The notes under the pieces are model-generated. The model did no database searches and was not told the DNA's origin. It saw only the letters and a program-made list of their open reading frames with translations. Position numbers and translations under genes: made by a program. From a virus (taxonomy: Duplodnaviria; Caudoviricetes), in IMG/VR virus record IMGVR_UViG_3300035703_000096, positions 1 to 61,696 of that record: a stretch of 61,696 bases of DNA; one strand, 5' to 3'. How positions within the stretch are numbered: position 1 is the stretch's first letter; each line of letters opens with the position of its first letter. Positions 25,695 through 36,297 of the stretch are shown one piece after another.

Positions 25695-28600
25695 ATGGCG
25701 AATATTTCAAGAAACTTTACAGCAGGTAAGATGAACAAAGTCGTTGATGAACGGCTTGTTCCCAATGGTGAGTACATAGACGCCATGAATGTCCGAATGG
25801 GATCGACTGAGCAGTCTGAAATTGGCGTCATTGAAAACACTAAAGGTAATCTTGCTTTGACATCTCTTACTTACATTGACGGTACTCCATTGAGCGCTCA
25901 GGCAAGATGTATTGGAGCCTATGCTGATGGAGCGAATGAGACGCTGTATTGGTTTGTTCATGATCCAAACTTTACAGGTCACGGTCCGGTTGGCAGACTT
26001 GATCTTATTGTATCATACAATGTTCTAACCACGATCTTGACCTATCATGTTGTTTCTATAAATGACGGAGCTAATCTTCAAACATCTTTGAATTTTAACC
26101 CGAGTTATTTAATAACAGGAGTTAATAAAGTTGACAATCTTATATTCTTCACTGATGATTATAATCAGCCGAGATTCATAAATGTTTTAAGAACGTATCC
26201 AATTCCAATAAACGATATTGATGCGGGTAGTCAAGCTGCTGCAGATATATTAAAAGAGTCTTTGCTTGTTATTAAAAGACCTCCAACTGAATCTCCAACT
26301 ATTCAATTGATAAAGCAAGGAGATGAGAATAACTACTTAGAGACAAGGTTTATTTCTTTTGCATACAGATACAGATATATTGATGGTGAGTACTCAGCTA
26401 CATCGCAGTGGTCTGATATTGCATTTGAGCCCGGAGCTTTTGATTTTAGTTACAATAGCCTTACAGGTGAAGGTATGCAGAATGCTTATAATGCAGCTAT
26501 CATATCTTATAACACAGGCAGTTCTCTTGTTGTTGGTATAGATTTGCTATTTAAGCAAGCTGAGAACAATGTGATAAAAGTTATTGAGAAGTTGGATAAA
26601 GCCCTCTTGGGATTACCTGATAATTCAATTCAAACTTTTTCATTTTCAAATAGTAAAATATTTACCGTCCTTTCTGAAGGTGAGATATTAAGACTTTACG
26701 ATAATGTTCCAAGATTAGCTAAAGCTCAAACAATAATGGGTAATCGATTGATGTATGGGAACTATGTCGATGGTTATGATCTTGTTACAAAATTTGGGGG
26801 GCCTACAAGATTAGAGTATCAAACTAATCTTATTTCAGACCCAATAGAGGATGATGTTTTTGATTCAACTAAAGTATTTTTTGAAAGTGGTAATTACACT
26901 TTTGGTGGAGGAGGAACTTTTGCTGATGCTGTTTTGTGTATAGATTTTTCAGATTTTGATTTGTCTCAGGAGGGTTTGCTAAATATAAGTTTTACTTTAG
27001 ACCATGGATCTTTTTATGGGGACACTCCATTTCCTACAGAAATAACAGAGGGATTAACTTTTTCATTCTCATTCAATATAATATCAGGATATACATCTGC
27101 ATATCAGATGGCTTCAAGTCCTGAATTTCAACAAGCTGTTGGTACAGCATTAGATATATTACCTATATTTTCTCCTATTGTTGGAGATGAAACATCTTGT
27201 GATGGAATAACATGGACAGATCAATTTAATTGCTCTATTCCTGATCTGCTTACAACTCCAAATGGGCCCGGTTCGGTAGGTAAATATCAAAGTGGTATTA
27301 GTGCTGATTTAGAACCAATAGCTATATTAACAGATCCTTCGTCAAGTATTGTTAAATTTCAGTTTCCTGCTATTAGATATGTGGATGACCCTATGAGCGT
27401 TGCTCCTGCTCAAAGTGTTTATGAAGTTTTCTCTTGCGTAATAGCAGGTGTTTCATTTAGATCATCTAAGACAATAAGAAGTCTACATAGTAATCGCGGA
27501 TATGAGATTGGTATTGTATACATGGATGAGTTTGGTAGATCAAGCACTGCGTTAGTTAGCCCTTATAATACCGAGCATGTCCCATGCTCTGCTTCAGGTA
27601 AGCAAAACCATATTAAGGTAACTATACCTGTTACACAAGCTGCGCCATGGTGGGCTAAAAGATATAAGTTTGTTTGTAAAGCTTCTGAGCACAATTACGA
27701 AGTTATTTATTCATCTCTTTATTTTACAACTGAAGAGGGTAATGTTGCTTATTTCCTGCTTGAAGGAGAAAATACAAAAAAAGTTGAGGTAGGTGATAGG
27801 TACATTGTTAAAAGAGATAAGACAGGCCCTCTTGATTCTTGCGTTTACGCGACAGTACTTGAGAAGCAGCTTCAGCAAGCTAATTTTGTCGCAGCTCAAA
27901 ATGGGTTTGAAGCACCTGAGGGTGTTTATATGAAGATAAAACCTGAAGGGTTTAATACAACATTAGATGAGAACTCTTTTATAGCTGCAGGTGATTACAC
28001 TGATGTTAGACCAAGAGGATCAGGACAGGCTAATTTCCCTTGGATTACATATCCAATGAACATATACGATGGTACAAGTTGGGTTGATTACGATGTGCCT
28101 GCCGGTAGTCAAATAACTATTTCATTACAAATTGAAAGACAGGACACTATTGGCGGTTCTAATTGTGAACTTTTTAAATATAATTTAGCAATTACATTAA
28201 CCTCAACAGCAAACTACAATAACATGTATGATTGGTGGGTAGGTGATAGTGTTGAGAATTATTTACCTCAAGGATTTGACAGTCAAACTTCTGCCGCTTG
28301 TCAAAACATAGAATTTATACCCGGTGAATTTAACACAGTTGCATCTATAAATGGATTACCTCCTGAATTTTGTAAAGCTTATTTAGGATTTGTAAGAAAC
28401 ATACCCGACAATCGTTTATATTTATTAGTAAGAGGACCCTATCCATGTTCAGGTGGTATTGCAGGAGGTCGATCAGGCATTAAAGCTAACATTAAAGTTG
28501 TAAGATCATCAGGATTAGTTATATTTGAAACACTCCCATCTGAAACAATACCTGATATATTTTACGAAAATAATCTATCATTCCCAATTGACGCAACAGG

Positions 28601-31406
28601 AAATCACTTATCTAATGGAGCTCCCGGAGATGTTAGTCAAAATATAGGAAGTGGTGTAGCTGCTGAAATTGAGACCGGATTCTTTAATTGTTTCTCTTTT
28701 GGAAACGGTGCTGAAAGTTATAAGATAAGAGACTCTATTATTGGAAGAGCGTTTAACTTAGGTGAAAGAGTTACATTGGTGTCAGCTCAAAACTATAAAG
28801 AGGCTGATAGATTTGCTGATATAACATACAGTGGTGTGTTTAATCAGGAAACAAATGTAAATAAATTAAATGAGTTCAATTTAGGCTTATTCAACTATAA
28901 GAATTTAGAAACTTCATTTGGTGATATTCATGTTTTGGATGGAAGAGAAACAGATGTTCTTGTTCTCCAAGAGGATAAAGTATCTTACGTTCTTTCAGGT
29001 AAAAACTTATTGTCAGATGCAAGCGCCGGTAACCTTATCACTTCAGTTCCTGAGGTATTAGGAACTCAAATAGCAAGAACAGAAAATTATGGTATCACGT
29101 CTAATCCTGAGAGTTATGTTCATTGGGGATATGATAGATATTTTACTGACGCTAAGAGAGGAGTTGTATTGCAGTTGAAAGGTAATGCTTACTCAAATGA
29201 GCAATTGAATGTGGTCTCTGAAATGGGAATGAGAACTTGGTTTAGAGATCAATTTATCAACTCATTCAACACTCAGAAGATTGGAGGATACGATCCATAC
29301 ATGAATGAGTATGTATTGACCATGAATGATATTGAGCTGCCCGGAAATCCTCAATGTATAGAGTGCGGAAAGACCCAATCGTTTAATCTATTCAATAGTA
29401 CTGAAGAATTAAAATCTATCAATTTTTGTGTTGATGTATCTACATTAATTGGAGATGTTGAAATATCATGGATTGTAAATTCAATAGATGAAGGTGTTAC
29501 GTTTGAAGTGATAGCTCTTTATAATGGTGACGAAACTTCATCAGGATCCATATCCGAATCGGGTAGTATTCAATTCGGTAAGGACTCAATAATAGAGGAC
29601 ACCACTAATATTACAGTTTATTATTCAGGTGATGTCTCTCTATCTCTTCGAGTTAATTGTCCACTATCTATTGAGTTAAGCATAGTTGAAGTTGTTGTTA
29701 CAAGCTTATCTGATGCTAATGATACTATTCACACTCAATTTAGATATATAGACGGGCCATTTATAGGTCCATTACAGAGTAGTCAGGTTACTTTTGCTTC
29801 GGGTAATAATCCTATTGTATCTCGTTATAGTATGATGACAGGTAATGTTGGAGCAGGATTATTTCCAACTGATGGAAGTACTGTTTATCTGCAGACCAAT
29901 AAAATACTACCTGATAATTATCAATTTCTTTTATTTGAAAACTCATTCAGATATTTAAGATCTAATGTTTTATACGAAAATAATCCTACTGATATATCTA
30001 ATCTTCTTTCAGATTCTGTATATGTGCCGCCAACATTGGTTAACTCAAATTTATTCAGTGGTGATTTCATAATGCCCCCATCTGTTGGTGGTGAGTATCT
30101 TTACTTGATTTGGGATCTTAGAAATAAGAAGTCAAATTTCTTATGTTACACTCCATCACCCGCTGTAACAGCTGATTTAAAGGAAATGTGTTGTGATTGC
30201 GCTGCATGTAGTGCTGAAGAATATCCATGTTCTACTTTTACGCTTAATAATATATCAGCTTCGAATACAGCTACTGTTCATTTTGCTTCTGACTGCGTGG
30301 ACAATGTTCCATTTACTGTTGAGTTAGATCCCGGAGAGGAAACTCAAGTGTGTGCTCAAAGCACAGGTTTTGTATTTGAGGTAAGGTCAGGTGATGTTAC
30401 TGTTGAATTAACTGATTGTACTCAATGCACGCCTTGTTATGCTACATGTGAGACGTGGACTGTTTACAAATTAAAAGGCCCCGGAGCTCCAACTCAAACC
30501 GTGGGGGTAGTTTGGATAGATTGCGACACTCAAGAGGCTACTTTCGGATCTGTTGAAAATGGGTATTTATATCAATTCTGTCAACCGGTTGGAAGTCCTC
30601 CTCCTGCTCTATTTGGCGATGACATTACAGGTTACAGAATTGAAAAGCAAAGTAATTGTGGATGTTGCGCTGTGAATACAACTTGTACAACTTGGAATGT
30701 TCTTAATAATGACACGCCTACTCCGGGAGAGTTTGACACGTTTACATACTATGATTGTAATAATCAATTACAAACAATGTCATTAAGAGGTGGTGAATCC
30801 GTAAATATATGCGTTACATATGATTCGAATTTTAGAACTACCCCTATTTTGAGCAATAAGTGGTCAGTATCATTAGTCAACCCATGCAATTGTTCAGCTT
30901 TCCAATGCTATGAACTTCCTATTTTGTACGGAAAGACAGAGGTAGATGCTCAAGTAGTTACACCTTCCGGTAATGTTTCGGAAGCAATAGTTGACTCACC
31001 CGTAGTATTCCAATTGTCAGATTGGGGTAATAATGGCGGCACTAATTACCCATTGAGAATTTCTAATTCTGATCTTTCAGGAACTAAAGCTGATGGCCTT
31101 GTGACCGGTCAAACTTATAAAATAGAAATTACGTTTAGCGAGGCTATACCTAACTCAACCAATGCTGTTAAAGTTACTTTTGGCAGATATAATGGAGCTT
31201 ACAATACAGGGCCAACTACTTATATTGGATCTATTAGCGGAAACGTAACAACACCTCAAGTGTTGAACATGGTATGGAATCCTTTGAATTTAGCTGATGA
31301 TCCTTCCGGTATATGGATGGCGATATATTACGCAAATCCGGCATACTCAGGAAATAATGGAACTGTTACTGTTAGAATATTTAAAGGTGATTGTTCTGCA
31401 ACATAA
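25695..31406 (+). CDS. Tail nozzle/muzzle (stabilization) protein with Cys-rich C-terminal extension
   Basis: F..GKMNK..DERLVPNGEY.DAMN N-terminus; FFTDDYNQPR; GNRLMYGNY; YFTDAKRG.V. Confidence 0.75.
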   Translation: MANISRNFTAGKMNKVVDERLVPNGEYIDAMNVRMGSTEQSEIGVIENTKGNLALTSLTYIDGTPLSAQARCIGAYADGANETLYWFVHDPNFTGHGPVGRLDLIVSYNVLTTILTYHVVSINDGANLQTSLNFNPSYLITGVNKVDNLIFFTDDYNQPRFINVLRTYPIPINDIDAGSQAAADILKESLLVIKRPPTESPTIQLIKQGDENNYLETRFISFAYRYRYIDGEYSATSQWSDIAFEPGAFDFSYNSLTGEGMQNAYNAAIISYNTGSSLVVGIDLLFKQAENNVIKVIEKLDKALLGLPDNSIQTFSFSNSKIFTVLSEGEILRLYDNVPRLAKAQTIMGNRLMYGNYVDGYDLVTKFGGPTRLEYQTNLISDPIEDDVFDSTKVFFESGNYTFGGGGTFADAVLCIDFSDFDLSQEGLLNISFTLDHGSFYGDTPFPTEITEGLTFSFSFNIISGYTSAYQMASSPEFQQAVGTALDILPIFSPIVGDETSCDGITWTDQFNCSIPDLLTTPNGPGSVGKYQSGISADLEPIAILTDPSSSIVKFQFPAIRYVDDPMSVAPAQSVYEVFSCVIAGVSFRSSKTIRSLHSNRGYEIGIVYMDEFGRSSTALVSPYNTEHVPCSASGKQNHIKVTIPVTQAAPWWAKRYKFVCKASEHNYEVIYSSLYFTTEEGNVAYFLLEGENTKKVEVGDRYIVKRDKTGPLDSCVYATVLEKQLQQANFVAAQNGFEAPEGVYMKIKPEGFNTTLDENSFIAAGDYTDVRPRGSGQANFPWITYPMNIYDGTSWVDYDVPAGSQITISLQIERQDTIGGSNCELFKYNLAITLTSTANYNNMYDWWVGDSVENYLPQGFDSQTSAACQNIEFIPGEFNTVASINGLPPEFCKAYLGFVRNIPDNRLYLLVRGPYPCSGGIAGGRSGIKANIKVVRSSGLVIFETLPSETIPDIFYENNLSFPIDATGNHLSNGAPGDVSQNIGSGVAAEIETGFFNCFSFGNGAESYKIRDSIIGRAFNLGERVTLVSAQNYKEADRFADITYSGVFNQETNVNKLNEFNLGLFNYKNLETSFGDIHVLDGRETDVLVLQEDKVSYVLSGKNLLSDASAGNLITSVPEVLGTQIARTENYGITSNPESYVHWGYDRYFTDAKRGVVLQLKGNAYSNEQLNVVSEMGMRTWFRDQFINSFNTQKIGGYDPYMNEYVLTMNDIELPGNPQCIECGKTQSFNLFNSTEELKSINFCVDVSTLIGDVEISWIVNSIDEGVTFEVIALYNGDETSSGSISESGSIQFGKDSIIEDTTNITVYYSGDVSLSLRVNCPLSIELSIVEVVVTSLSDANDTIHTQFRYIDGPFIGPLQSSQVTFASGNNPIVSRYSMMTGNVGAGLFPTDGSTVYLQTNKILPDNYQFLLFENSFRYLRSNVLYENNPTDISNLLSDSVYVPPTLVNSNLFSGDFIMPPSVGGEYLYLIWDLRNKKSNFLCYTPSPAVTADLKEMCCDCAACSAEEYPCSTFTLNNISASNTATVHFASDCVDNVPFTVELDPGEETQVCAQSTGFVFEVRSGDVTVELTDCTQCTPCYATCETWTVYKLKGPGAPTQTVGVVWIDCDTQEATFGSVENGYLYQFCQPVGSPPPALFGDDITGYRIEKQSNCGCCAVNTTCTTWNVLNNDTPTPGEFDTFTYYDCNNQLQTMSLRGGESVNICVTYDSNFRTTPILSNKWSVSLVNPCNCSAFQCYELPILYGKTEVDAQVVTPSGNVSEAIVDSPVVFQLSDWGNNGGTNYPLRISNSDLSGTKADGLVTGQTYKIEITFSEAIPNSTNAVKVTFGRYNGAYNTGPTTYIGSISGNVTTPQVLNMVWNPLNLADDPSGIWMAIYYANPAYSGNNGTVTVRIFKGDCSAT

Positions 31407-31420
31407 TAAAAAAAAATAGA

Positions 31421-32398
31421 ATGCCTACTTTCGCTGACCCATACTTTTTAGACGGGACCACATTATCGGACTCGACAGCAGTATTTCAAAACTCAGGGCT
31501 AACAATATTAGCTCCTGATGGTTATTACTCTGACGGTGTCATTATTAGACAGCAAGTCAATGGATTATTCCTGCCACAATTCTCATGCCCTGCATGTGGA
31601 CTTGCTTGTGGATCATATCTCCCAACATCAGGTAGCCGTGGGTATTATACCATGCAGATTGATACAGGTACATTACCAACTGCTGTTGGTGCTATCACTA
31701 TTAAATATGCAGCAGGACAACGGCCTGATGGAATGTATGTTGAGTATGATGGCGTTATATACAATGAATTGAGCTCTCCTTATTACGGCTATTTAGCAGC
31801 GCCTCCGGGTCAGTTGACATTTATAGGTCAATCAAGTTTTAATGGCGTACCCGGTTGCGACCTTGTTGGAGCGTCTCCACATACACTTAATGAGTATGCA
31901 TTTAATGGAACATCTTTTGTGCCAACAGGAGGTACTCAAGTAGTAACGGTAACTCCTGCTCAACTTCAGTTAACTCCTACATCTCCTGACAATGGGCCTA
32001 CTTGGACTCCGGCTCAACCAAAAGAGTGGTCTGTAATTGTAATACCTAAGACATCTCCTACTCCGGCGGTCATGACATTAACATCAGTAGCCGCTTGTCA
32101 GAATACAGCATTTTTACTTGACATATCATGCCCTGCTAAAATCAAAGGTATAAACGCATCTGCTCGTTATGAAACTCTTACAGGGATATGTCAGGCTCCA
32201 TTAACAAGCAAGTTATATCCTATCCGAGTCACCGGTGTATCACCTTATTTAGGATTATATGATTGGATATTCTTGGATGAATACGGAGAGAACAAGGCTG
32301 CTGATGGTTATTACAGAACAAATAACTTAACAGGGACTAATGATACCATACAGGTGCAAAACGGTACTGTAATCGCCATAACAAACGAATGCCCATAA
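31421..32398 (+). CDS. Putative tail/virion protein
   Basis: APDGYYSDG / ADGYY repeats; Cys- and Pro-rich. Confidence 0.7.
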   Translation: MPTFADPYFLDGTTLSDSTAVFQNSGLTILAPDGYYSDGVIIRQQVNGLFLPQFSCPACGLACGSYLPTSGSRGYYTMQIDTGTLPTAVGAITIKYAAGQRPDGMYVEYDGVIYNELSSPYYGYLAAPPGQLTFIGQSSFNGVPGCDLVGASPHTLNEYAFNGTSFVPTGGTQVVTVTPAQLQLTPTSPDNGPTWTPAQPKEWSVIVIPKTSPTPAVMTLTSVAACQNTAFLLDISCPAKIKGINASARYETLTGICQAPLTSKLYPIRVTGVSPYLGLYDWIFLDEYGENKAADGYYRTNNLTGTNDTIQVQNGTVIAITNECP

Positions 32399-32399
32399 G

Positions 32400-33236
32400 A
32401 TGAATTACACACTGACATATAGCCAAGCCGCTGAGGGATGGCCTTCATTCTACTCATTCTATCCTGATTGGATCATCGGAATGAATAATTACTTGTATAC
32501 CTTTAAAGGTGGTGATCTCTACAGGCATAATGTAAATGAAAATAGGAATAACTTTTATGTGGATTGGTGGGTTAAGTACGCTAATGATCCTGCATTAGCC
32601 TTCTCTCCTACCACAGTGAAAAGTGTGTTCAATGATGTTCCACTTGAGAATAAACTTTTCAAGACTATTAATTTAGAGGGTGACAACGCATGGGATGTTG
32701 TTCTTACAACTGACATCCAAACGTCAGGGTTTATTACATCAACTTGGTTTGAGAAGAAGGAGCAGTCTTATTATGCCTTTATCAGAAACTCAGGTGAGGT
32801 CCCTGCAGATCTATCTGAGTACGCGCTTAGAAGTCTGAATGGTATCGGAAGGAGTCTTTATTATACACCAATTTCCGGTGGATACGAGGTTGAGTTCTCT
32901 GTTAATCCACTCATCAATACCGGTGACATTTTAAGTATTGGAGATTACTTATACTTTGCGTTGCCGCCAAACTATGACACCCCCTTATTGGCCGGTCAGG
33001 TTACTGACATTGTAAGGAATTACCCTATGGGTATTAATCGAATTGTGATTGACTCAACCATTCCGGGGTGTGTTCCGTTGTCAGTATCTGATGCCTACTT
33101 CTTGTACATAAAGAACTCAATTGCTGAGTCCCATGGTGTACTTGGACACTACTGTGTATTTGACATTTCAAACTCAATGTCATATAAAATTGAGTTGTTT
33201 AATGTAGAATCAGAGGTGATGAAAAGTTTCCCATAA
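32400..33236 (+). CDS. Tail protein (resembles the C-terminal part of nozzle proteins)
   Basis: TLTYS...GWPSFYSF.P; KLFKTINLEG; IELFNV.SE..KS. Confidence 0.65.
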   Translation: MNYTLTYSQAAEGWPSFYSFYPDWIIGMNNYLYTFKGGDLYRHNVNENRNNFYVDWWVKYANDPALAFSPTTVKSVFNDVPLENKLFKTINLEGDNAWDVVLTTDIQTSGFITSTWFEKKEQSYYAFIRNSGEVPADLSEYALRSLNGIGRSLYYTPISGGYEVEFSVNPLINTGDILSIGDYLYFALPPNYDTPLLAGQVTDIVRNYPMGINRIVIDSTIPGCVPLSVSDAYFLYIKNSIAESHGVLGHYCVFDISNSMSYKIELFNVESEVMKSFP

Positions 33237-33257
33237 TTTTTATACCTTTGTGGGTGT

Positions 33258-33671
33258 ATGGAATCAATCAATATACGCCATTTGAATGACACTGACTACG
33301 ATGATATTCTCGTAGGATGGTGGAAGCAGTGGGGGTGGGAAGCTCCAAGTAAGGACTTCTTACCGAGAGACGGATCGGGCGGTGCGATTGTATTTGATGG
33401 TAACGAACCAATCTGTGCAGGGTTTTTGTATATCACAAACTCAAAAGCATCTTGGATTGATTGGATTATCTCAAGCAAGACATACACTGATAGGGAGAAG
33501 AGGAAGTATGCTATCAACTTATTGATCGATCAATTGACGAATCTTAGTAAAGACTTAGGCAATAAGTATGCATACGCCCTTATCAAGCATTCAAATCTAA
33601 TTAAAACCTATGAAGAACTCGGATATATAAAGGGTGATTCATATCAAAGTGAAATGATTAAAATTCTATAA
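33258..33671 (+). CDS. GNAT-fold acetyltransferase-like protein
   Basis: IRHL...DY..LVGWW; PICAGFLY.TNS; YEELGY. Confidence 0.55.
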   Translation: MESINIRHLNDTDYDDILVGWWKQWGWEAPSKDFLPRDGSGGAIVFDGNEPICAGFLYITNSKASWIDWIISSKTYTDREKRKYAINLLIDQLTNLSKDLGNKYAYALIKHSNLIKTYEELGYIKGDSYQSEMIKIL

Positions 33672-33672
33672 C

Positions 33673-34497
33673 ATGGCAATAGCAACATCAACAGCATTAG
33701 CGATAGGTGGTATTGCGGTATCAGCCGCAAGTGCAGGTATGTCCTTTAAGCAGGCAAATGACCAAAAGAAACTACAAAAACAAGCGCAAGCAGACGCTGA
33801 GAAGGCGATGAGTAGCGCTCGAGCCATGATTGATCAAGCTGAGCAAAGGCTTGATACTAATTATTATGACAAATTAGCTGTTAATAAAGAGCCTTATGAA
33901 GCGGCTCGAGAGCAATTTACCTCAACAGCAGGTCAACTTGTAGAGGCCGGTCGCGAATCAGAAAGAGGTGTTGGCTTAGCGGGTAGAGCTTTGATGCAGC
34001 AGAACTTAGCGCAAGAAGGTGTAAGATCTGAGATGTCAAAAGAGATGCAAAATATTGATATGCTGAGAGCTAATGAAGAGGCTCGTCTTCGCGATATGAA
34101 GGTAGACTTAGATATGTCAAGGGCAAATTTAGACTTGGGTGAGGCTCAGGGTGCTCAACTTGCGGCAAGAGATGCTCAAGAGGCAAGGGCAGCTGCTATA
34201 AGTCAAGGTATGCAGAGTGTGACAAGCGCAGTACAGCAAGGTATTCAGGCAGCTCCATTGTATGGTCAAGACTTGGGTGCTCAGAAATCTGCGATTCAGA
34301 AATCAATTGGTGACAAATCACTTGGTGATTTTGCTATGCAAGATTACAATGGACAACCTATAGGTCTTATTGATTTTAATAGCATGAGTAATCGTGATTT
34401 CAGGAATTTCAAAAATTCATTAAGCCCTGAACAGAGTCAAAAATTATTTCAAAGTCAAGCTTATATAGATAATTACAACTACTTCAACCCTTATTAA
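33673..34497 (+). CDS. Putative internal virion / ejection protein
   Basis: Hydrophobic Ala/Gly N-terminus, Gln/Ala helical body. Confidence 0.6.
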   Translation: MAIATSTALAIGGIAVSAASAGMSFKQANDQKKLQKQAQADAEKAMSSARAMIDQAEQRLDTNYYDKLAVNKEPYEAAREQFTSTAGQLVEAGRESERGVGLAGRALMQQNLAQEGVRSEMSKEMQNIDMLRANEEARLRDMKVDLDMSRANLDLGEAQGAQLAARDAQEARAAAISQGMQSVTSAVQQGIQAAPLYGQDLGAQKSAIQKSIGDKSLGDFAMQDYNGQPIGLIDFNSMSNRDFRNFKNSLSPEQSQKLFQSQAYIDNYNYFNPY

Positions 34498-34504
34498 TAA
34501 ATAG

Positions 34505-36262
34505 ATGGCAACATATTACAAGTACGCAGAGAGAGAAGCCGACAGTCAAATAAATTGGGCTGAGATTGGCAAGAGCATGTCTGACATGCTCGCGGAACAG
34601 AACCGGATCCGTGAAGAGAAGAAGGCTGCTATTGATAAGGCATCGCAAGAGTATGGCGAGAAGCTTTCAAACCCACCTCAGGGTGAGTTTAAGGCAATGA
34701 ACCAATGGACTCTTGAGTACGCTGATGATTATCAGAAGTATCGTTTGATGCAGGATAAGCTACTCAAGTCAGGTCAATTGAAGATGAAGGACTACATGGT
34801 CATGAGACAGAACTCTCTTGATGGTACTAATCAGTTGTTCAATCTATCGACTCAATACCAACAGGTGTATAAGGAGAAGATGGATAGAAGCAAGAACCAA
34901 GAGAACCAAGATCTTGAACTATTCCTTATGCAGCAAGCTGAGGGCCTTGCCAACTTTATGGACCACAAAGCTTACATCAATCCAACTGACGGTACTGTAA
35001 GTATCGCTAAGATGGTTATGGGAGAAGATGGTGTAAAGAGAATGAGCGATAACCCAAATGAATTCATTTCAGTTGCCGCTCTTGGTAATTCAATCAAGGA
35101 CAACTACGATAGATTCAAATCAACTGAAGCCGTAACGGCATATGTTGATGGATTAGGAGAGCGTATCACTACCTTATTGGATATTAAAAACAAATATCAA
35201 AGAGGTTCTGTTATTGAGATACTTGATCCGATGCAAAATGAAGATCTTCCCCCTGATGTTAGAGGTATTGCAAGGGGGTTTGAGCAGGCTGAAACAGAAA
35301 TGTTAAGTAGCTTCCTCACGGTTCCAACCAATGTCACATCAATCCTTACTGAGGATGTAAACATGGCTCCAAACGGTAAGGAGTATACATACACTTGGAG
35401 TGAAGAAGAAGCGAGCGCGAAAGAAAATTCTAACTTGATCCTATTAAAAAACAACAACGCCGGACGTCCTGAACCTCAATTGACAGAAGAGCAAAAGGCT
35501 GTGGCTTTAGATCACTTAAGGGTAAAGGCCCGTTTGATGTATGATAGAAAAGAAACAGTTAGTGTAGTTGGAGCGAGTGAGACTCCAAGACCAACTCAAG
35601 CTGAGGTAGAGGCGCAGAATGCTAAGATAACAAAGCAGAGTATGCTTCAGGATTGGCAGTTGATTAGGAATGGTACTCCTGAACAAAAGAAGGCAGCGTT
35701 AGATGCTATCTTAGGATACCCAAGCATGGTAGCAAAGGGTCTTAAAAATATTAGAATCGAAGGTGATAAGGTCATATTTGATTATGCTGATCCAAACATG
35801 TATAGAGAAGTTAATATTAGTGATGATGCTAATGCTTTCTTCAGAGCGGGTCGAGAAGTATTTGGGGAAACAACTGAGGCTGAGTTGGCTAAGTATGCTA
35901 AAGGAACTAAGGTAAAAGCCTCCGATGGTTTAGAATCTAAGAGAGGTGAAGTGTATGGTGATTTTTCTACAAACCTAAGGTCAGAAATGAACAGAGATCA
36001 GTATTTTGTAATGGAAGATAAACCGAATGAAACTGCTGCACACTTAAATGCTATGTATGGTAATTTAGGCATTAAGGTAGTAGGAAACCCTGATGGTGAA
36101 ACTATAACTATATCGGATACAAGTGATCGAAATGCTGTTGAATTTGATATTAGTAATTTTGACAGTGTTAGAGATATTAAAAATCACATAATTAATATAG
36201 CTGATAAAGCGAAGATGCAAAAGAAATACCAATCTAAGGGGGTTGGATCTAAATATGACTAA
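34505..36262 (+). CDS. Putative internal virion / ejection protein
   Basis: 585-aa helical protein before the giant protein. Confidence 0.6.
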   Translation: MATYYKYAEREADSQINWAEIGKSMSDMLAEQNRIREEKKAAIDKASQEYGEKLSNPPQGEFKAMNQWTLEYADDYQKYRLMQDKLLKSGQLKMKDYMVMRQNSLDGTNQLFNLSTQYQQVYKEKMDRSKNQENQDLELFLMQQAEGLANFMDHKAYINPTDGTVSIAKMVMGEDGVKRMSDNPNEFISVAALGNSIKDNYDRFKSTEAVTAYVDGLGERITTLLDIKNKYQRGSVIEILDPMQNEDLPPDVRGIARGFEQAETEMLSSFLTVPTNVTSILTEDVNMAPNGKEYTYTWSEEEASAKENSNLILLKNNNAGRPEPQLTEEQKAVALDHLRVKARLMYDRKETVSVVGASETPRPTQAEVEAQNAKITKQSMLQDWQLIRNGTPEQKKAALDAILGYPSMVAKGLKNIRIEGDKVIFDYADPNMYREVNISDDANAFFRAGREVFGETTEAELAKYAKGTKVKASDGLESKRGEVYGDFSTNLRSEMNRDQYFVMEDKPNETAAHLNAMYGNLGIKVVGNPDGETITISDTSDRNAVEFDISNFDSVRDIKNHIINIADKAKMQKKYQSKGVGSKYD

Positions 36263-36297
36263 TAAGATTGTGTACAAATAAATTGTATATTTGAAAC

